Positions 1 through 7,847 of a stretch of 30,534 nt of DNA are shown one piece after another. Numbering within the stretch: position 1 is the first letter of the stretch; each line of letters opens with the position of its first letter. Source of the stretch: a virus (Duplodnaviria; Caudoviricetes); IMG/VR virus record IMGVR_UViG_3300032305_001926, positions 1 to 30,534 of that record. One strand, written 5' to 3'. The notes under the pieces are model-generated. The model saw nothing but the letters and a program-made list of their open reading frames with translations. It was not told the origin of the DNA and made no database searches. Position numbers and translations under genes: made by a program.

Positions 1-133
1 CAATTTTGAAAATCGCAACGTGATTAACTTGTACTTTATTCATATTGTTTGATAATGTTAATGATGATGATGATAATATAGTCCCTGATGTAACTACGAG
101 ACCATTTGTTGTTCCTGGTGTTAAACTATACAT
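1..133 (-). CDS. hypothetical protein, 5' part only (runs off the left edge)
   Basis: Manual translation from ATG at 133: MYSLTPGTTNGLVVTSGTILSSSSLTLSNNMNKVQVNHVAIFKI..., open to the window edge; starts 2 nt after the stop of the upstream ORF. Confidence 0.55.
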   Translation of the reverse strand, partial: MYSLTPGTTNGLVVTSGTILSSSSLTLSNNMNKVQVNHVAIFKI

Positions 134-135
134 AA

Positions 136-423
136 TTACTCCTCATTAAATTTCTTAAACCATTTTTCACGAGCTGTTTCTGGGTCATTAACGTATTCGT
201 TAAATGCCGTTATAGCTTCTTTGGTTGTAGAAAATGCGATATGTTTACATCCTATTCTAATTGTGCATCCTGAATGTAAAAAACTAAATGCTACTTCATA
301 ACCTCTTAACATTTCTTGTTTAGTTTGTTGAATTGGATTTATTTGCTCAAGTCTGTCCATTGCTCGAACTTCTTCATTTTCGTATACAGGTTCTATCTGT
401 ATTCTTCTTTCTCTTTCTTCCAT
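136..423 (-). CDS. hypothetical protein (95 aa)
   Basis: ORF track; fits minus-strand gene packing; no recognisable motif. Confidence 0.7.
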   Translation of the reverse strand: MEERERRIQIEPVYENEEVRAMDRLEQINPIQQTKQEMLRGYEVAFSFLHSGCTIRIGCKHIAFSTTKEAITAFNEYVNDPETAREKWFKKFNEE

Positions 424-437
424 ATTTTTTATTTTGT

Positions 438-596
438 TTATTTATTGAATTTAATAATAAGGTCACATATAAAAACGCCTAAGGCAATAGCACTTAAAGC
501 CATATTAATAACGCTACGTGATTGTTCATCTTTAATAAATGGTTTTGGAAACCATGCAGCTAATAAGAATAGCCACCCTATAATCATTGGATTCAT
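438..596 (-). CDS. small membrane protein (52 aa, two hydrophobic segments), below the ORF-track cutoff
   Basis: Manual translation MNPMIIGWLFLLAAWFPKPFIKDEQSRSVINMALSAIALGVFICDLIIKFNK*; fills the gap between neighbouring genes; A-rich leader. Confidence 0.65.
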   Translation of the reverse strand: MNPMIIGWLFLLAAWFPKPFIKDEQSRSVINMALSAIALGVFICDLIIKFNK

Positions 597-601
597 ATTT
601 T

Positions 602-1114
602 TTATTTATTTAAAATTATATTTGCGAAATTAGTATCAACTTTCATTTTGTCAAGTAATTGTTGAGTAGTCATACTTTTAGCTTCATCAAGTATTCTATC
701 TTTTTGTGACATCACACCTAATTCAACTTTAGCTTCTTCTCCCATACTCTTTAATTGGGTAACTACAAAACTACTCAACTCATGTGGTATTTGTTTTACA
801 GTTGAGTCTGTAGTTAGAAACTCCATTGTACCACCACCTGCAACAATTAACAATGCATCTTTTTTATTTGGCGTGAATATATATAATGACCAAAATAAAA
901 TCATAAACGGATAACTCCACCACATCCATTTTCGGGACATCCTTTGATCTTCTTTTTCATTCTCGGTTTGTGATTTGTATGTTGATCCTGTGTTAAAAAA
1001 ATAAGCAATAGTTGAGATAAAGGAAATAAGTGTAAAGATCATAATGAAAGCAACAAACATTGTTTTTGCGTTGTCGGCTACTGTAAGCCAATAAAATAGT
1101 TTATACCAATTCAT
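602..1114 (-). CDS. membrane protein with two predicted TM helices
   Basis: Hydrophobic stretches MFVAFIMIFTLISFISTIAYFF and WMWWSYPFMILFWSLYIF. Confidence 0.75.
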   Translation of the reverse strand: MNWYKLFYWLTVADNAKTMFVAFIMIFTLISFISTIAYFFNTGSTYKSQTENEKEDQRMSRKWMWWSYPFMILFWSLYIFTPNKKDALLIVAGGGTMEFLTTDSTVKQIPHELSSFVVTQLKSMGEEAKVELGVMSQKDRILDEAKSMTTQQLLDKMKVDTNFANIILNK

Positions 1115-1123
1115 ATTTTTTTA

Positions 1124-1477
1124 TTATTTATTTAGTTTAGATAATTCGTAGTTACTGTTTTGTGTTTTAAATTTAATATAATGATCTTCCTGTTCTATAA
1201 TTTCAGTAATGGGAGTTGTTTGCCAAGTGAAAAATTGATTAAAAGGAGACATAAGTAATGATCGTCCAATGCTAGGTTCATCATGTCTTTCTTTAAATTT
1301 ACCTTCTTCATCAAATTCAAGCCAGGTTATTTCTTTAGATTGTTTAGTTAATCTATCTTGTTCACGAACTAATTTCCAATTAAATTCGTTTTCAACCGCA
1401 CCTTGTTCGACAGCAATCTTAAGTAAATTGTCTTCAGTTAAGGTCATTGGTATTTTATTTTGTTTTAATTTATTCAT
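1124..1477 (-). CDS. hypothetical phage protein (117 aa)
   Basis: ORF track; directly downstream of the promoter motif at 1494-1526. Confidence 0.75.
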   Translation of the reverse strand: MNKLKQNKIPMTLTEDNLLKIAVEQGAVENEFNWKLVREQDRLTKQSKEITWLEFDEEGKFKERHDEPSIGRSLLMSPFNQFFTWQTTPITEIIEQEDHYIKFKTQNSNYELSKLNK

Positions 1478-1493
1478 ATTATTTTTTACATTG

Positions 1494-1526
1494 TAAATAT
1501 AACATTTTGATTTTGAAAAACCAAAC
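1494..1526 (-). promoter_or_regulatory. putative Bacteroidetes-type -33/-7 promoter
   Basis: Minus strand GTTTGG-N19-TATATTTA; one of nine copies with the same spacing. Confidence 0.7.
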
Positions 1527-2116
1527 TATTCCCACCAATCTTTGATATCTCTATTTAATAATTTGAATAACAAGTCTTGAATCCTTTTTTCATTATAATA
1601 ACCAAGATTCATAGCTAATCTCTGTTTGTAATTATCATTATTTAATTCAAATACTTGTAATTCTTTATTAGATAATATTTTTCTAACAGCGGCTTTATGT
1701 TTAGCAAAATAATCATCATAATTTTCAGACACTTCTATAATTTCAAGTTCTTTATGATCAGGATTATCTTCAATATCTAACCAATTATAGTTTGATACAT
1801 GATAATCCATATACTCACCTGAGTAAAATTCATCTTGTATTTTCTGAATCAAACGAACACACCATATCATTCTTTCAGAATCATACTTTGATTGTGTATG
1901 TCTATCTTTAGTACCAATATACTCTGCTTGGTGTTTCAATTTAGTTTTAAGAATTTCCCATATGAAATGATCATCCCAATCTTTGTCTTTCCATATAATA
2001 GGAAACCATCTAATTAAGTTTTTAATTGATTTATAAAAAAACCTGATTTTCCAACCAATGTTATCCCATAACCAATCTTTTATTTTAGTTATCATTGTAG
2101 TATTATTTAAAGCCAT
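1526..2116 (-). CDS. hypothetical phage protein, Trp-rich (196 aa; start may be 2095)
   Basis: ORF track; WFPIIWKDKDWD motif and C-terminal DIKDWWE. Confidence 0.75.
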   Translation of the reverse strand: MALNNTTMITKIKDWLWDNIGWKIRFFYKSIKNLIRWFPIIWKDKDWDDHFIWEILKTKLKHQAEYIGTKDRHTQSKYDSERMIWCVRLIQKIQDEFYSGEYMDYHVSNYNWLDIEDNPDHKELEIIEVSENYDDYFAKHKAAVRKILSNKELQVFELNNDNYKQRLAMNLGYYNEKRIQDLLFKLLNRDIKDWWE

Positions 2117-2316
2117 ATTATTTCTAATTTAAATGGGTGAATTAAATGTAATTTATCAGATTGACTAACTTCAGTAAACGGTTTAGCTTCATCTATGTTA
2201 TCTGAGAATACAGGGTAACCTCTTTCCAATCCACTAAACACTCTAGCATCATCAGTCATCACAATATATTCTTTTAATGGAACAAATTTTTTATATTTAC
2301 GTTTCTTTTTAATCAT
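2107..2316 (-). CDS. hypothetical protein (69 aa from ATG at 2316)
   Basis: ORF track gives 2107..2337; the ATG at 2316 directly follows the upstream stop at 2318 and is the more likely start. Confidence 0.6.
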   Translation of the reverse strand: MIKKKRKYKKFVPLKEYIVMTDDARVFSGLERGYPVFSDNIDEAKPFTEVSQSDKLHLIHPFKLEIIWL

Positions 2317-2317
2317 A

Positions 2318-2545
2318 TTATTCAGGGAGAAGACCACTTTTTTCTATTTTGCACCATACTCTCTCATACCAAACTCCCATTTTAGTACCTTCAAGTAAAT
2401 CAGTATCTTTTAAACCACTTAAAGCATTTTTAGATAATATTACTAAACACCAGTCCAATTGTTTATCTGCTTCTATAATTTTGCCCTGCTCAACTAATTG
2501 TTTAGCATTTTCATATAGTTTTGTAATTGATAATCTTTTTCTCAT
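2318..2545 (-). CDS. hypothetical protein (75 aa)
   Basis: ORF track; preceded by a promoter motif and an AAAGGTT-ATG leader. Confidence 0.7.
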   Translation of the reverse strand: MRKRLSITKLYENAKQLVEQGKIIEADKQLDWCLVILSKNALSGLKDTDLLEGTKMGVWYERVWCKIEKSGLLPE

Positions 2546-2560
2546 AACCTTTATTTTTAT

Positions 2561-2592
2561 ATAATATAATATTTTAAATTTAGAGAGCTAAA
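2561..2592 (-). promoter_or_regulatory. putative -33/-7 promoter (variant)
   Basis: TTTAG-N19-TATATTAT; the -33 box overlaps the U-tract of the terminator. Confidence 0.55.
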
Positions 2593-2626
2593 AAAAGGCC
2601 CGAGTATATTTCAACTCGGTTGCCTT
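2590..2626 (-). terminator. intrinsic terminator after the HTH gene
   Basis: Minus strand AAGGC-aa-CCGAGT-tgaaatat-ACTCGG-GCCTT followed by a T-run. Confidence 0.8.
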
Positions 2627-2630
2627 ATAG

Positions 2631-2843
2631 TTAAGCGATTGAACGCTCACTATTTTTCATACGTCTGCGACTGATGTTATACATCTCATTCGCTAACTCT
2701 TGAGGTACACTACGAACACCTGACATTATATTATTAATGTGTGATGTTGAATAACCAGTGATTTCTGCTAAGCGGGTAACGTCTCCACTTCTTCTTCTGC
2801 TGTTAAAGAAACTTAACTTAGCAGTTCTGTTTAATTTACTCAT
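2631..2843 (-). CDS. small basic helix-turn-helix (XRE/Cro-like) DNA-binding protein
   Basis: DVTRLAEITGYSTSHINNIMSG matches the HTH pattern (LA..TG.S...I..I..G); Arg-rich; has its own promoter and terminator. Confidence 0.7.
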   Translation of the reverse strand: MSKLNRTAKLSFFNSRRRSGDVTRLAEITGYSTSHINNIMSGVRSVPQELANEMYNISRRRMKNSERSIA

Positions 2844-2867
2844 AACTTATTTATTTTATTTACATAT

Positions 2868-2900
2868 ATAATATAAGTGAATAGATTTAGAGAGCCAAAC
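2868..2900 (-). promoter_or_regulatory. putative -33/-7 promoter
   Basis: GTTTGG-N19-TATATTAT. Confidence 0.7.
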
Positions 2901-3206
2901 TTAAGATACTAAACCTAATTCTTTTGCTCGTGTATAAGCTACTTCTTTACCATTTTCTGGGTTTAAATACCTACGCTTTGTTTTAGGTAATACTTCTTGT
3001 ATTTGTTCAAAGGTTTTAGTACCTTTAGGATATGAAATAATAGTTTCATATGGGCCATTTGGATTTTTATCCATATCAAATTTCCAAACATCTATAGAAC
3101 CATCTTCATTTTTAAATACTCTTTCAAATTTAGTTGATGATGGTGTAGATATTTCAGTATCAACTACTTCTGTTTTAATTTTACTTGGTCTACCTCTTTT
3201 TACCAT
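2901..3206 (-). CDS. hypothetical protein with N-terminal AT-hook-like motif
   Basis: N-terminus MVKRGRPSK (KRGRP AT-hook core). Confidence 0.7.
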   Translation of the reverse strand: MVKRGRPSKIKTEVVDTEISTPSSTKFERVFKNEDGSIDVWKFDMDKNPNGPYETIISYPKGTKTFEQIQEVLPKTKRRYLNPENGKEVAYTRAKELGLVS

Positions 3207-3230
3207 AATTATTTATTTTTTATTACATAT

Positions 3231-3263
3231 TAAATATAACATCATAGATATGAGAGGCCAAAC
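3231..3263 (-). promoter_or_regulatory. putative -33/-7 promoter
   Basis: GTTTGG-N19-TATATTTA. Confidence 0.7.
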
Positions 3264-3341
3264 AGAGGGAGGATTAATCATGCTCTCTATTCAATTTAAC
3301 ATAATTTTTTGATAATTTAAGATAACGTGTTTAACCATCAT

Positions 3342-3644
3342 TTATGAAGATTTAAGTTGTGAAATTGCTTCTAAAATTTTTGCGCAACCTTCATAGTTTT
3401 CATGATGTTCAAACATTTCTAGATTTTTTTCAAGTGTATTTAGAAAATTATTTCTTTTAAGTGTTAAATCATAAATCTCATTATCTTCCTCACAAAATAC
3501 ACTGATAACATGAATTCTTTTTTTCTTTGTTTTTAAATTTATTAAAATATTTTCAACTAATGATTTAGATATTTTGTAATCTCCTTTATCCATAAGCAAC
3601 ATTAGTTCTTCACTATTTTTAACTGTAACTTCTATTGGTTTCAT
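3342..3644 (-). CDS. hypothetical protein with C-terminal UVR-like helical motif; probable paralog of 5350..5673
   Basis: C-terminus FEHHENYEGCAKILEAI resembles the UvrB/C motif E.YE.AA.I...I. Confidence 0.7.
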   Translation of the reverse strand: MKPIEVTVKNSEELMLLMDKGDYKISKSLVENILINLKTKKKRIHVISVFCEEDNEIYDLTLKRNNFLNTLEKNLEMFEHHENYEGCAKILEAISQLKSS

Positions 3645-3647
3645 ATT

Positions 3648-3806
3648 TTAAAATAAATTTAAAAAATTAGTATTTATTTGTTTTTCTTTTAGTTTTTGAT
3701 TTATATCATCCTTTTTGATGATTTTAGTAGCTAGTTTTTCTAAATGTTTGCGTTTAGCAGTTTCAAAATCACTAATTACTTCAATATGTTTTTTACTTTT
3801 TTTCAT
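3648..3806 (-). CDS. small basic hypothetical protein (52 aa), below the ORF-track cutoff
   Basis: Manual translation MKKSKKHIEVISDFETAKRKHLEKLATKIIKKDDINQKLKEKQINTNFLNLF*; fills the intergenic gap. Confidence 0.6.
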   Translation of the reverse strand: MKKSKKHIEVISDFETAKRKHLEKLATKIIKKDDINQKLKEKQINTNFLNLF

Positions 3807-3818
3807 TTGGCATACATA

Positions 3819-4451
3819 TTACCACTTACTAATAAATTCACTTCCATCTTCTAAAACAGTTGGATTATCTAAACCTAATTCTTTTAAACGTTGAGATGTA
3901 TATTCATCTAATTCCCATTCAACCTCACTATTATATTTTACAACATGGTCTTCTAAACCTTCAATTTGTTTATTAGTAAAAATATCACCTACATTTATGT
4001 AATAACAATTATAACATAATAAACGAGGATTATTATTTTGATAGTTTTTTTTATTTTTATCTATAAAATCTAATAAAAGAGGCATTTTATAATCACTAAT
4101 GCGACGTTCATGGAATCCACATATATAACATTCTTCTTTTAAAAAACCTTCTTTAATTAATCTGTTTTTTATTTTTTCAGGTTTAAAATGATTTATATCA
4201 ATTCTACCTTCAATTATATCTCTTAACGCTGGTTCTTTTTTAGAATTATTTAAGAACTTAGGAATTCCTTTTCCACTTTGATTTTTATGATCCTCAAATA
4301 GTGTTTTACCACTTTCTCCTTTATATAATTTAGCGTATCCTTTATAATGTATGTATGAGACTCCTAAATATCGAGCTGCTGCTCGATTAGATTTAGTTAT
4401 CCTCATTGCTCTAAGAATATCTTCTTTACTAAGAGGTTTGGGTTTGGTCAT
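3819..4451 (-). CDS. HTH plus degenerate HNH/Zn-finger protein
   Basis: N-terminal SNRAAARYLGVSY HTH-like; C-terminal CYICG...LLLDFIDKNKKNYQNNNPRLLCYNCY follows HNH spacing (CxxC..DH.D.N..NN..NL.LLC.NCH) with the His residues replaced. Confidence 0.65.
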   Translation of the reverse strand: MTKPKPLSKEDILRAMRITKSNRAAARYLGVSYIHYKGYAKLYKGESGKTLFEDHKNQSGKGIPKFLNNSKKEPALRDIIEGRIDINHFKPEKIKNRLIKEGFLKEECYICGFHERRISDYKMPLLLDFIDKNKKNYQNNNPRLLCYNCYYINVGDIFTNKQIEGLEDHVVKYNSEVEWELDEYTSQRLKELGLDNPTVLEDGSEFISKW

Positions 4452-4761
4452 TATTATTTAATTCTTCCACATCAAATTCAGGTTCAATACTGTCTGATTC
4501 AGATAATCCAGTTTCAAATTCATAAAGCGCTACTTGACCTGCTATTGTTTTACGGTGTGATTGTTCTAATTCAATATACTTTTTATACTGATCTTCTTCC
4601 ATTATAATAATTTCATCATATGTGTGATCTCCTTCACCTAACTGAACATTGACTCCTCTTTTTTTACCAGCTGTTGAACAATTCACACATGATGTTACAT
4701 TTGGAAATATTTCTAAGCGTTTTGGATGTATTTCTACTCCACATTTAATACATAATCTCAT
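4429..4761 (-). CDS. DksA/TraR-type C4 zinc-finger protein with acidic tail
   Basis: CIKCGVEIHPKRLEIFPNVTSCVNCS matches the DksA/TraR pattern C..CG..I...RL...P....C..C. Confidence 0.7.
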   Translation of the reverse strand: MRLCIKCGVEIHPKRLEIFPNVTSCVNCSTAGKKRGVNVQLGEGDHTYDEIIIMEEDQYKKYIELEQSHRKTIAGQVALYEFETGLSESDSIEPEFDVEELNNNDQTQTS

Positions 4762-4774
4762 TTTTAATTAATTT

Positions 4775-5206
4775 TTATTCATCATTATCATCTTCATCCT
4801 CATCAATATTTAAATTTTCTATATCATCAATACTTTTTAAAAATTCAAATAATTCTTCAGCATTGTTTAAAGTATATTTAGTTTCTGTTTTAACATCAGT
4901 TAAAATATATGGTTTACCATTTTCATCTTTACTATCATATATAAACCAATGAATTATTTCAGCTTTATTTTTACCATATATTAATACCATTGTATTTTCT
5001 AATGAATCAAATAGTAAGTTTTCAATTGTACCAAATACTACTCCATACTTTGTAGCTAATTCATTTAATAAATCATATGCTGATGTCCAATCTTCGATGA
5101 TTTTAATAAATAGTTGTTTATCATAACCTGTATTATCTTCATTAAGAAGTATATTAACACCTAATATTTCACTAAATATTTTATTTAATTCTTGTTTATT
5201 ACTCAT
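4775..5206 (-). CDS. hypothetical acidic protein (143 aa)
   Basis: ORF track; D/E-rich C-terminus. Confidence 0.7.
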   Translation of the reverse strand: MSNKQELNKIFSEILGVNILLNEDNTGYDKQLFIKIIEDWTSAYDLLNELATKYGVVFGTIENLLFDSLENTMVLIYGKNKAEIIHWFIYDSKDENGKPYILTDVKTETKYTLNNAEELFEFLKSIDDIENLNIDEDEDDNDE

Positions 5207-5363
5207 TTTTATTAAAAACTTTATATATTCTCAAAAACTCAGAGACTGAAAGTTGCTTTTGTTGAGCAAAATATTCAATAGCTGTTAATAATGAATCAAA
5301 TTGTTTTGTATCAATTGCTTCATTTGTCTCATCATTATAATAAGCAAAACTATAATTTTCCAT
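5199..5363 (-). CDS. small hypothetical protein (54 aa), below the ORF-track cutoff
   Basis: Manual translation MENYSFAYYNDETNEAIDTKQFDSLLTAIEYFAQQKQLSVSEFLRIYKVFNKNE*; overlaps both neighbours by a few nt, as is typical in this window. Confidence 0.65.
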   Translation of the reverse strand: MENYSFAYYNDETNEAIDTKQFDSLLTAIEYFAQQKQLSVSEFLRIYKVFNKNE

Positions 5364-5673
5364 ATTTTTTAATTAATTTAGTTATTTCTTTACATTCAAG
5401 ATATTCTTCTTGTTCCTCATAAAACTTTAAAATAGTATTAAGTATATCTTTGAATTGTGTTTTATTTATTATTAATGTGTAATTAAAATTAACCACATTT
5501 AATATTTTAGCTTCATTTAATTTATTCTTAATAGCATCTTTTATAGATATTAAAACATGTTTAAATATAAATGTTTTAAATTCAACTGATTCTTTTAATG
5601 AGTTAATTTGCTCTTGTTCATATATTACCAATTCAATATTTAATGGTATGTATTGTTTTACAGCTCTTGTCAT
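5350..5673 (-). CDS. hypothetical protein with C-terminal UVR-like motif; probable paralog of 3342..3644
   Basis: C-terminus YEEQEEYLECKEITKLI; similar length and hydrophobic pattern to 3342..3644. Confidence 0.7.
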   Translation of the reverse strand: MTRAVKQYIPLNIELVIYEQEQINSLKESVEFKTFIFKHVLISIKDAIKNKLNEAKILNVVNFNYTLIINKTQFKDILNTILKFYEEQEEYLECKEITKLIKKYGKL

Positions 5674-5677
5674 GATG

Positions 5678-5710
5678 TAAATATATTAAAGATGTTTTAG
5701 AAAGCCAAAC
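5678..5710 (-). promoter_or_regulatory. putative -33/-7 promoter, possibly giving a leaderless mRNA
   Basis: GTTTGG-N19-TATATTTA-catc-ATG. Confidence 0.7.
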
Positions 5711-5714
5711 TTTA

Positions 5715-6467
5715 TTATAAATATTTGAGATTATTTTTTGGGTTATGTTGAATATATTTTCCCCATTTATATCTAGCCCACTCATGTGCTTGTTGTTCAG
5801 CTTGTTGTCTTTTTTCTCCATTAACTGATACTGATGCAAAGTGGTAAAAATGACAGTTGTATGTTCTCATCATTTTTAATCCTATAAGTTGACACTTTAA
5901 AAAGAAATCCCAATCAGCAACTAATCCTAATTCATAATTTTCATCCCATCCGCCTACTTTAATATAATCTAATTTAGACATGAATATAGGAAGTGTAGAA
6001 CCACTTTCATCAGGAAAAAGTCCACGTAATGGTTCTTCATATTTCCAATAATTTTCTAAACTAAATGTTTTAGGATCACGTCCACAATCTTTAATATGAA
6101 ATTGCTTAAACATACTAGGTGTGGGTTCAATTTGGTTTGGAGATATTACTGAATTTGGGATATAGTCTTTTAATAATTCTTTATCCCACTCGTATGGAAA
6201 CACATTATCATCATTTACAATGAGTACTTTATCATATTTAGCATTATATACTCCTAAATTAGTACCTCTACATAAACCTACATTTTGTTCTAGATTCAAA
6301 ACATCAATGTATTCAGACCATTTTTCAAGTACTTCTTTATTTAGTTCATAAAATCCATCTACAACAACAATAATTTGATTTTTATTTTGTTGTCCTTTAA
6401 TGGCAGAACGTAGACATAGGTCTAACATTTCTGGTGATTTGTAAGTGGGGACGATTGCTGATATCAT
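5715..6467 (-). CDS. glycosyltransferase family 2
   Basis: ISAIVPTY, VVVDG, N.GL..GTNLG, VNDD, VGGWDE and DWDF motifs of GT2. Confidence 0.9.
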   Translation of the reverse strand: MISAIVPTYKSPEMLDLCLRSAIKGQQNKNQIIVVVDGFYELNKEVLEKWSEYIDVLNLEQNVGLCRGTNLGVYNAKYDKVLIVNDDNVFPYEWDKELLKDYIPNSVISPNQIEPTPSMFKQFHIKDCGRDPKTFSLENYWKYEEPLRGLFPDESGSTLPIFMSKLDYIKVGGWDENYELGLVADWDFFLKCQLIGLKMMRTYNCHFYHFASVSVNGEKRQQAEQQAHEWARYKWGKYIQHNPKNNLKYL

Positions 6468-7150
6468 ATTTTACTCCAATCTGTTAAAGGTGATAACCAA
6501 GCTGTTTCTCCATGTGTTGAGTAACCTGGTACTGGTGTAATTAATCCATGTTGTTTATCTCTAAGAGCTAAAAACATTTGAAAATCATTTGGGTGTGTTC
6601 CTGAGGTATATTCTCTTAAAATAGTCTCGTCTTGTTTTAATGTACTTACTTTAGCAGCGAATGTCATTGTTGTTGAATTTGTTAATTTCCAATGACAAGA
6701 ATCTGTCAACATTAATCTAGTTACTTCCCCACCATCTTCTACAAATGGATTCGCTCCATTAATATACTTATCAGGATGGTCATAAAGTGCTACATAATCG
6801 TATCCTAAACTAAATCCTTCTTCTAGTATTTTATCTGAATTAGGTTTATGTAAATAGTCATTTTCTACAAAGTATATAATTGTTGAATCATCATATCTTA
6901 GTGCTTCATCTAATGCTAAGTTAAATGTTCCTGCTCCATGACCTATACTTATTTTCATAATATTAACAGGATCAATATATTTGTTAATCATAGCAATAGT
7001 ATCATTACTACAATTATCTGCAATTACTAATATATCATAAATGTGATCAAAGAAAACATTGCAAAAATTTCTTAAGCAATTTTCATTATTAATGTAATCT
7101 GGTTTTACTTTGTTGTAACCAGCATCACTTATTCTGTAGATAATTTTCAT
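6464..7150 (-). CDS. GT-A fold glycosyltransferase-like protein
   Basis: VIADNCS and IYFVENDYLH (DXD-equivalent), C-terminal STHGE. Confidence 0.7.
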   Translation of the reverse strand: MKIIYRISDAGYNKVKPDYINNENCLRNFCNVFFDHIYDILVIADNCSNDTIAMINKYIDPVNIMKISIGHGAGTFNLALDEALRYDDSTIIYFVENDYLHKPNSDKILEEGFSLGYDYVALYDHPDKYINGANPFVEDGGEVTRLMLTDSCHWKLTNSTTMTFAAKVSTLKQDETILREYTSGTHPNDFQMFLALRDKQHGLITPVPGYSTHGETAWLSPLTDWSKI

Positions 7151-7151
7151 T

Positions 7152-7847
7152 TTATTTTATAATATAACACCCTGCAGGTAAACCAGAATCATCATTAGTA
7201 TGTCTTAAATTGATATCTAATGGTTGATCAGTTACTGGGTGATTAATAAATTCAGTTATATTTCTTTGTTTAAAAAATGTTTTAATAGCATCTAAGGTTT
7301 CATATAGACATGAATCATCAAATATAATATATCCACCGGGTTGTACTTTATCATATAACTCTTCTAAGGTTTCTAATGTTGCTGAATATGCGTCTACATC
7401 TACTCTTAATAATGCTATTTTTTCTATTCCTGATGTTGGTAAGGTATCTTTAACAAATCCTTTTAAAAATTTAATTCGTTTTTCATCTCCTAAACCATAA
7501 TTTTTAAAATGTGACTGAACTTCCTCTAAACTAATAGCTAATGGACCAACAGCATTATGAGTAACATGATTTGTATGTCTTTCTCTATCATAATTATGTT
7601 TAGCTATTTCAACTGGTTGAAATCCTTCATATGAGTCACATACCCAAACATTTTTATCTTGAAATATATAACTTAAAAATATTGAGAATCCTCCTCTCCA
7701 AACACCACACTCTACTACATCACCTTCTACTTCAAATATTTTAGGATAATGTTTAAATATTGTCTTAAATTCATCAGGACGAACCATTGTAATTTTGTTG
7801 TCAATAAGATCTTGAACTAGATCTTCATAAGTTGTTATTGTTTTCAT
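7152..7847 (-). CDS. TylF/MycF/NovP-type sugar O-methyltransferase
   Basis: GDVVECGVWRGG, CDSYEGF, KGFVKDTLP, IALLRVDVDAY, LYDKVQPGGYIIFDD. Confidence 0.9.
   Translation of the reverse strand: MKTITTYEDLVQDLIDNKITMVRPDEFKTIFKHYPKIFEVEGDVVECGVWRGGFSIFLSYIFQDKNVWVCDSYEGFQPVEIAKHNYDRERHTNHVTHNAVGPLAISLEEVQSHFKNYGLGDEKRIKFLKGFVKDTLPTSGIEKIALLRVDVDAYSATLETLEELYDKVQPGGYIIFDDSCLYETLDAIKTFFKQRNITEFINHPVTDQPLDINLRHTNDDSGLPAGCYIIK

Noticed and set aside
61-74. (ATG)n microsatellite
   Set aside because: Just four consecutive Ser codons (TCA) in the partial left-edge ORF.
3264-3341. Intergenic 16-codon ORF (MMVKHVILNYQKIMLN) and weak hairpin
   Set aside because: Too short and imperfect to support as a gene, terminator or ncRNA.
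5633-5839. 68 aa minus-strand ORF (and likewise 14515..14760)
   Set aside because: Alternative-frame overlaps of clear glycosyltransferase genes; 5633..5839 also spans a promoter.
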